64,000 nt of DNA from an uncultured delta proteobacterium (GTDB lineage Bacteria > Desulfobacterota > Binatia > Binatales > Binataceae): contig CAVXXK010000006.1 of NCBI GenBank assembly GCA_963765675.1, positions 384,001 through 448,000 of the forward strand. Direction: 5' to 3'. Numbering within the stretch: position 1 is the first letter of the stretch; each line of letters opens with the position of its first letter. The notes under the pieces were generated by a model that was not told the origin of the DNA, made no database searches, and worked only from the letters and a program-made list of their open reading frames with translations. Made by a program: the position numbers and the translations under genes. Shown here piece after piece: positions 62,238 through 64,000 of the stretch.

Positions 62238-62855
62238 ATGAGTGTCAAGAGCCGCCAGGCGGAAAATTCCGCCGCCACCCGCACCGCCCTGCTCCGCGTC
62301 GCCCGCCGCCTGTTCGCGACCCGCGGCTACGCCGACACCGCGACCGAGGAGGTTGTCCGTCGCGCGCGCGTGACGCGAGGCGCCCTCTATCATCACTTCA
62401 AGGACAAACGCGATCTGTTCGAAGCCGTGCTCGACGAAGAGCAGATAAAGATCGCCGACCTGGTCGCCAAAGCCGCCGCTACCCAGTCCGACCCGTGGAA
62501 CGCGCTGCTTGAGGGATCAAAGGCCTTTCTCGAGGCATGCCTCGATCCCGCGGTGCAGCAGATTATTTTGATCGACGCGCCCGCGGTGCTCGGATGGAAG
62601 AAATGGCGCGAGAACGACCAGAGCCACTACCTCGAGGGCCTCAAGGCCGCGATCGCGCTGTCAATCGAGGAGGGGCTGATCGCCAGGCAGCCGACCGAGC
62701 CGCTGGCGCACGTGATCATGGGCGCGATGAACGAAGCCGCCCTGCTGATCGCCCACGCCGACGACGAGCAGGCCGCGCGCCGCGAAGTCACAACCGTTAT
62801 CGAGCGGCTGTTTAACGGAATCAGGGGCGCCCAGAAAGAATCAGGCAGCCACTAA
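62238..62855 (+). CDS. TetR family transcriptional regulator
   Basis: ARRLFATRGYADTATEEVVRRARVTRGALYHHFKDK. Confidence 0.92.
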   Translation: MSVKSRQAENSAATRTALLRVARRLFATRGYADTATEEVVRRARVTRGALYHHFKDKRDLFEAVLDEEQIKIADLVAKAAATQSDPWNALLEGSKAFLEACLDPAVQQIILIDAPAVLGWKKWRENDQSHYLEGLKAAIALSIEEGLIARQPTEPLAHVIMGAMNEAALLIAHADDEQAARREVTTVIERLFNGIRGAQKESGSH

Positions 62856-62934
62856 GACACGAAGGCACGAAGAAGAAATCTTTTCTTTGTGTCTTCGTGT
62901 CTTAGTGGCCGGTTGGATTGTGGCCGGTTGGATT
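62848..62934. repeat. CCAC(G/T)AAGACAC-type palindromic repeat, copy 3 (contains the tetR stop codon)
   Basis: GCCACTAAGACACGAAGGCACGAAGAA...TGTGTCTTCGTGTCTTAGTGGCCGGTTGGATTGTGGCCGGTTGGATT. Confidence 0.88.
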
Positions 62935-62937
62935 TGA

Positions 62938-64000
62938 TCAGTACGGCCACTTCCAGTTCGTGATCTCGTCGCGATCGATTCCGTTCTCGGTCGCGTAGTC
63001 CATGCTCTCGGTGATCTGATCTTTGAGCCAGTCCTTCACGTGCGAGCCGCCGATCTTTTCGAGCCGCGGCACGCGATCGATCACGTCGATTGCGAGATTG
63101 AACCTGTCGGTCTGATTGTTGATCGCGAGTTGCAGCGGCGTGTTGATACTGCCCGCCTCCTTGTAACCGCGCACATGCATGTTGTCGTGATTGTGGCGCT
63201 TGTACGCCAGCTTGTGGATCAGCCAGGGATAGCCGTGGAAGTTGAAAATCACCGGCTTGTCGGCAGTGAACAGACCGTCGAAGTCTGGATCCGTAAGCCC
63301 GTGCGGATGCTGCGTTGACGGCTGCAGCTTGAACAGATCAACCACGTTAACAAAGCGCAGCTTCAAGTCGGGAAATTTCTTGCGCAGGATCGCCGCCGCC
63401 GCAAGGCACTCGATCGTCGCCACGTCACCCGCGCTCGCCATCACCACGTCGGGCTCCGCGCCCTGATCGGTACAGGCGAAATCCCATATCCCGATTCCCT
63501 TGGTGCAATGATTCACCGCCGACTGGATATCCAGGAACTCCGGATGCGCCTGCTTGTCGGCGACGATCACGTTGACGTAGTTGGTGCTGCGCAGGCAATG
63601 GTCGGCCACGCTCAGGAGACAGTTCGCGTCCGGCGGCAGATAGACCCGCGTGACCCACGCGCTCTTGTTGGTTACGACGTCGATAAAGCCGGGGTCCTGA
63701 TGCGTGAACCCGTTGTGATCCTGGCGCCAGACCGTCGAGCTGATGAGGATGTTCAAAGACGGCAGAGGGTCGCGCCACGAAACCTCGCGGCACTTCTCCA
63801 GCCACTTCGCGTGCTGATTGAACATCGAGTCGATCACGTGGGCGAACGCCTCGTAGGTCGCGAACATCCCGTGGCGCCCCGTAAGCACGTAGCCTTCGAG
63901 CCATCCTTCCAGCGTGTGCTCGCTCAGCATCTCCATCACGCGGCCGTCGGGCGCGAGATCGCCGCCGTCGGCGTCCTCGGGCTTGTATTCTTCGAGCCAG
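62938..64000 (-). CDS. xfp: Phosphoketolase, C-terminal part (5' end outside window)
   Basis: [58 protein letters not shown]. Confidence 0.95.
   Translation of the reverse strand, partial: WLEEYKPEDADGGDLAPDGRVMEMLSEHTLEGWLEGYVLTGRHGMFATYEAFAHVIDSMFNQHAKWLEKCREVSWRDPLPSLNILISSTVWRQDHNGFTHQDPGFIDVVTNKSAWVTRVYLPPDANCLLSVADHCLRSTNYVNVIVADKQAHPEFLDIQSAVNHCTKGIGIWDFACTDQGAEPDVVMASAGDVATIECLAAAAILRKKFPDLKLRFVNVVDLFKLQPSTQHPHGLTDPDFDGLFTADKPVIFNFHGYPWLIHKLAYKRHNHDNMHVRGYKEAGSINTPLQLAINNQTDRFNLAIDVIDRVPRLEKIGGSHVKDWLKDQITESMDYATENGIDRDEITNWKWPY

Overview
GC-rich bacterial chromosomal segment, mostly housekeeping genes: pyrC-carA-carB-recG, rlpA, dgt, queC-like, an EF-G paralogue, birA, nadC, valS, tRNA-Leu(CAG), gcvH, ald, aspS, hisS, comEC and phosphoketolase. 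The gene style is reminiscent of Candidatus Binatia / deltaproteobacteria-like soil lineages (inference only). About nine single-site frame disruptions in otherwise intact genes point to long-read assembly indels. Four things stand out. (1) A 94-aa stand-alone GIY-YIG nuclease gene is bracketed by perfect 39-bp inverted hairpin repeats, and copies and variants of the repeat are scattered elsewhere in the window. This looks like a RAYT/REPIN-type system run by a GIY-YIG enzyme. (2) An NtrX-type receiver domain is fused in frame to a catalytically complete LpxC, directly behind an NtrY-like kinase, suggesting phosphorylation control of the committed step of lipid A synthesis. (3) A well-formed 28-bp XerC/XerD dif site lies at 14631-14658. 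Gene orientation and most KOPS-like octamers converge on it, and it is flanked by a RelA/SpoT-domain gene and a small cassette ending in a second XerC-like half-site. (4) At least four further families of intergenic palindromic repeats occur, one of which brackets a tetR/hydrolase module as direct repeats. All calls are by eye from motifs; no database searches were run.
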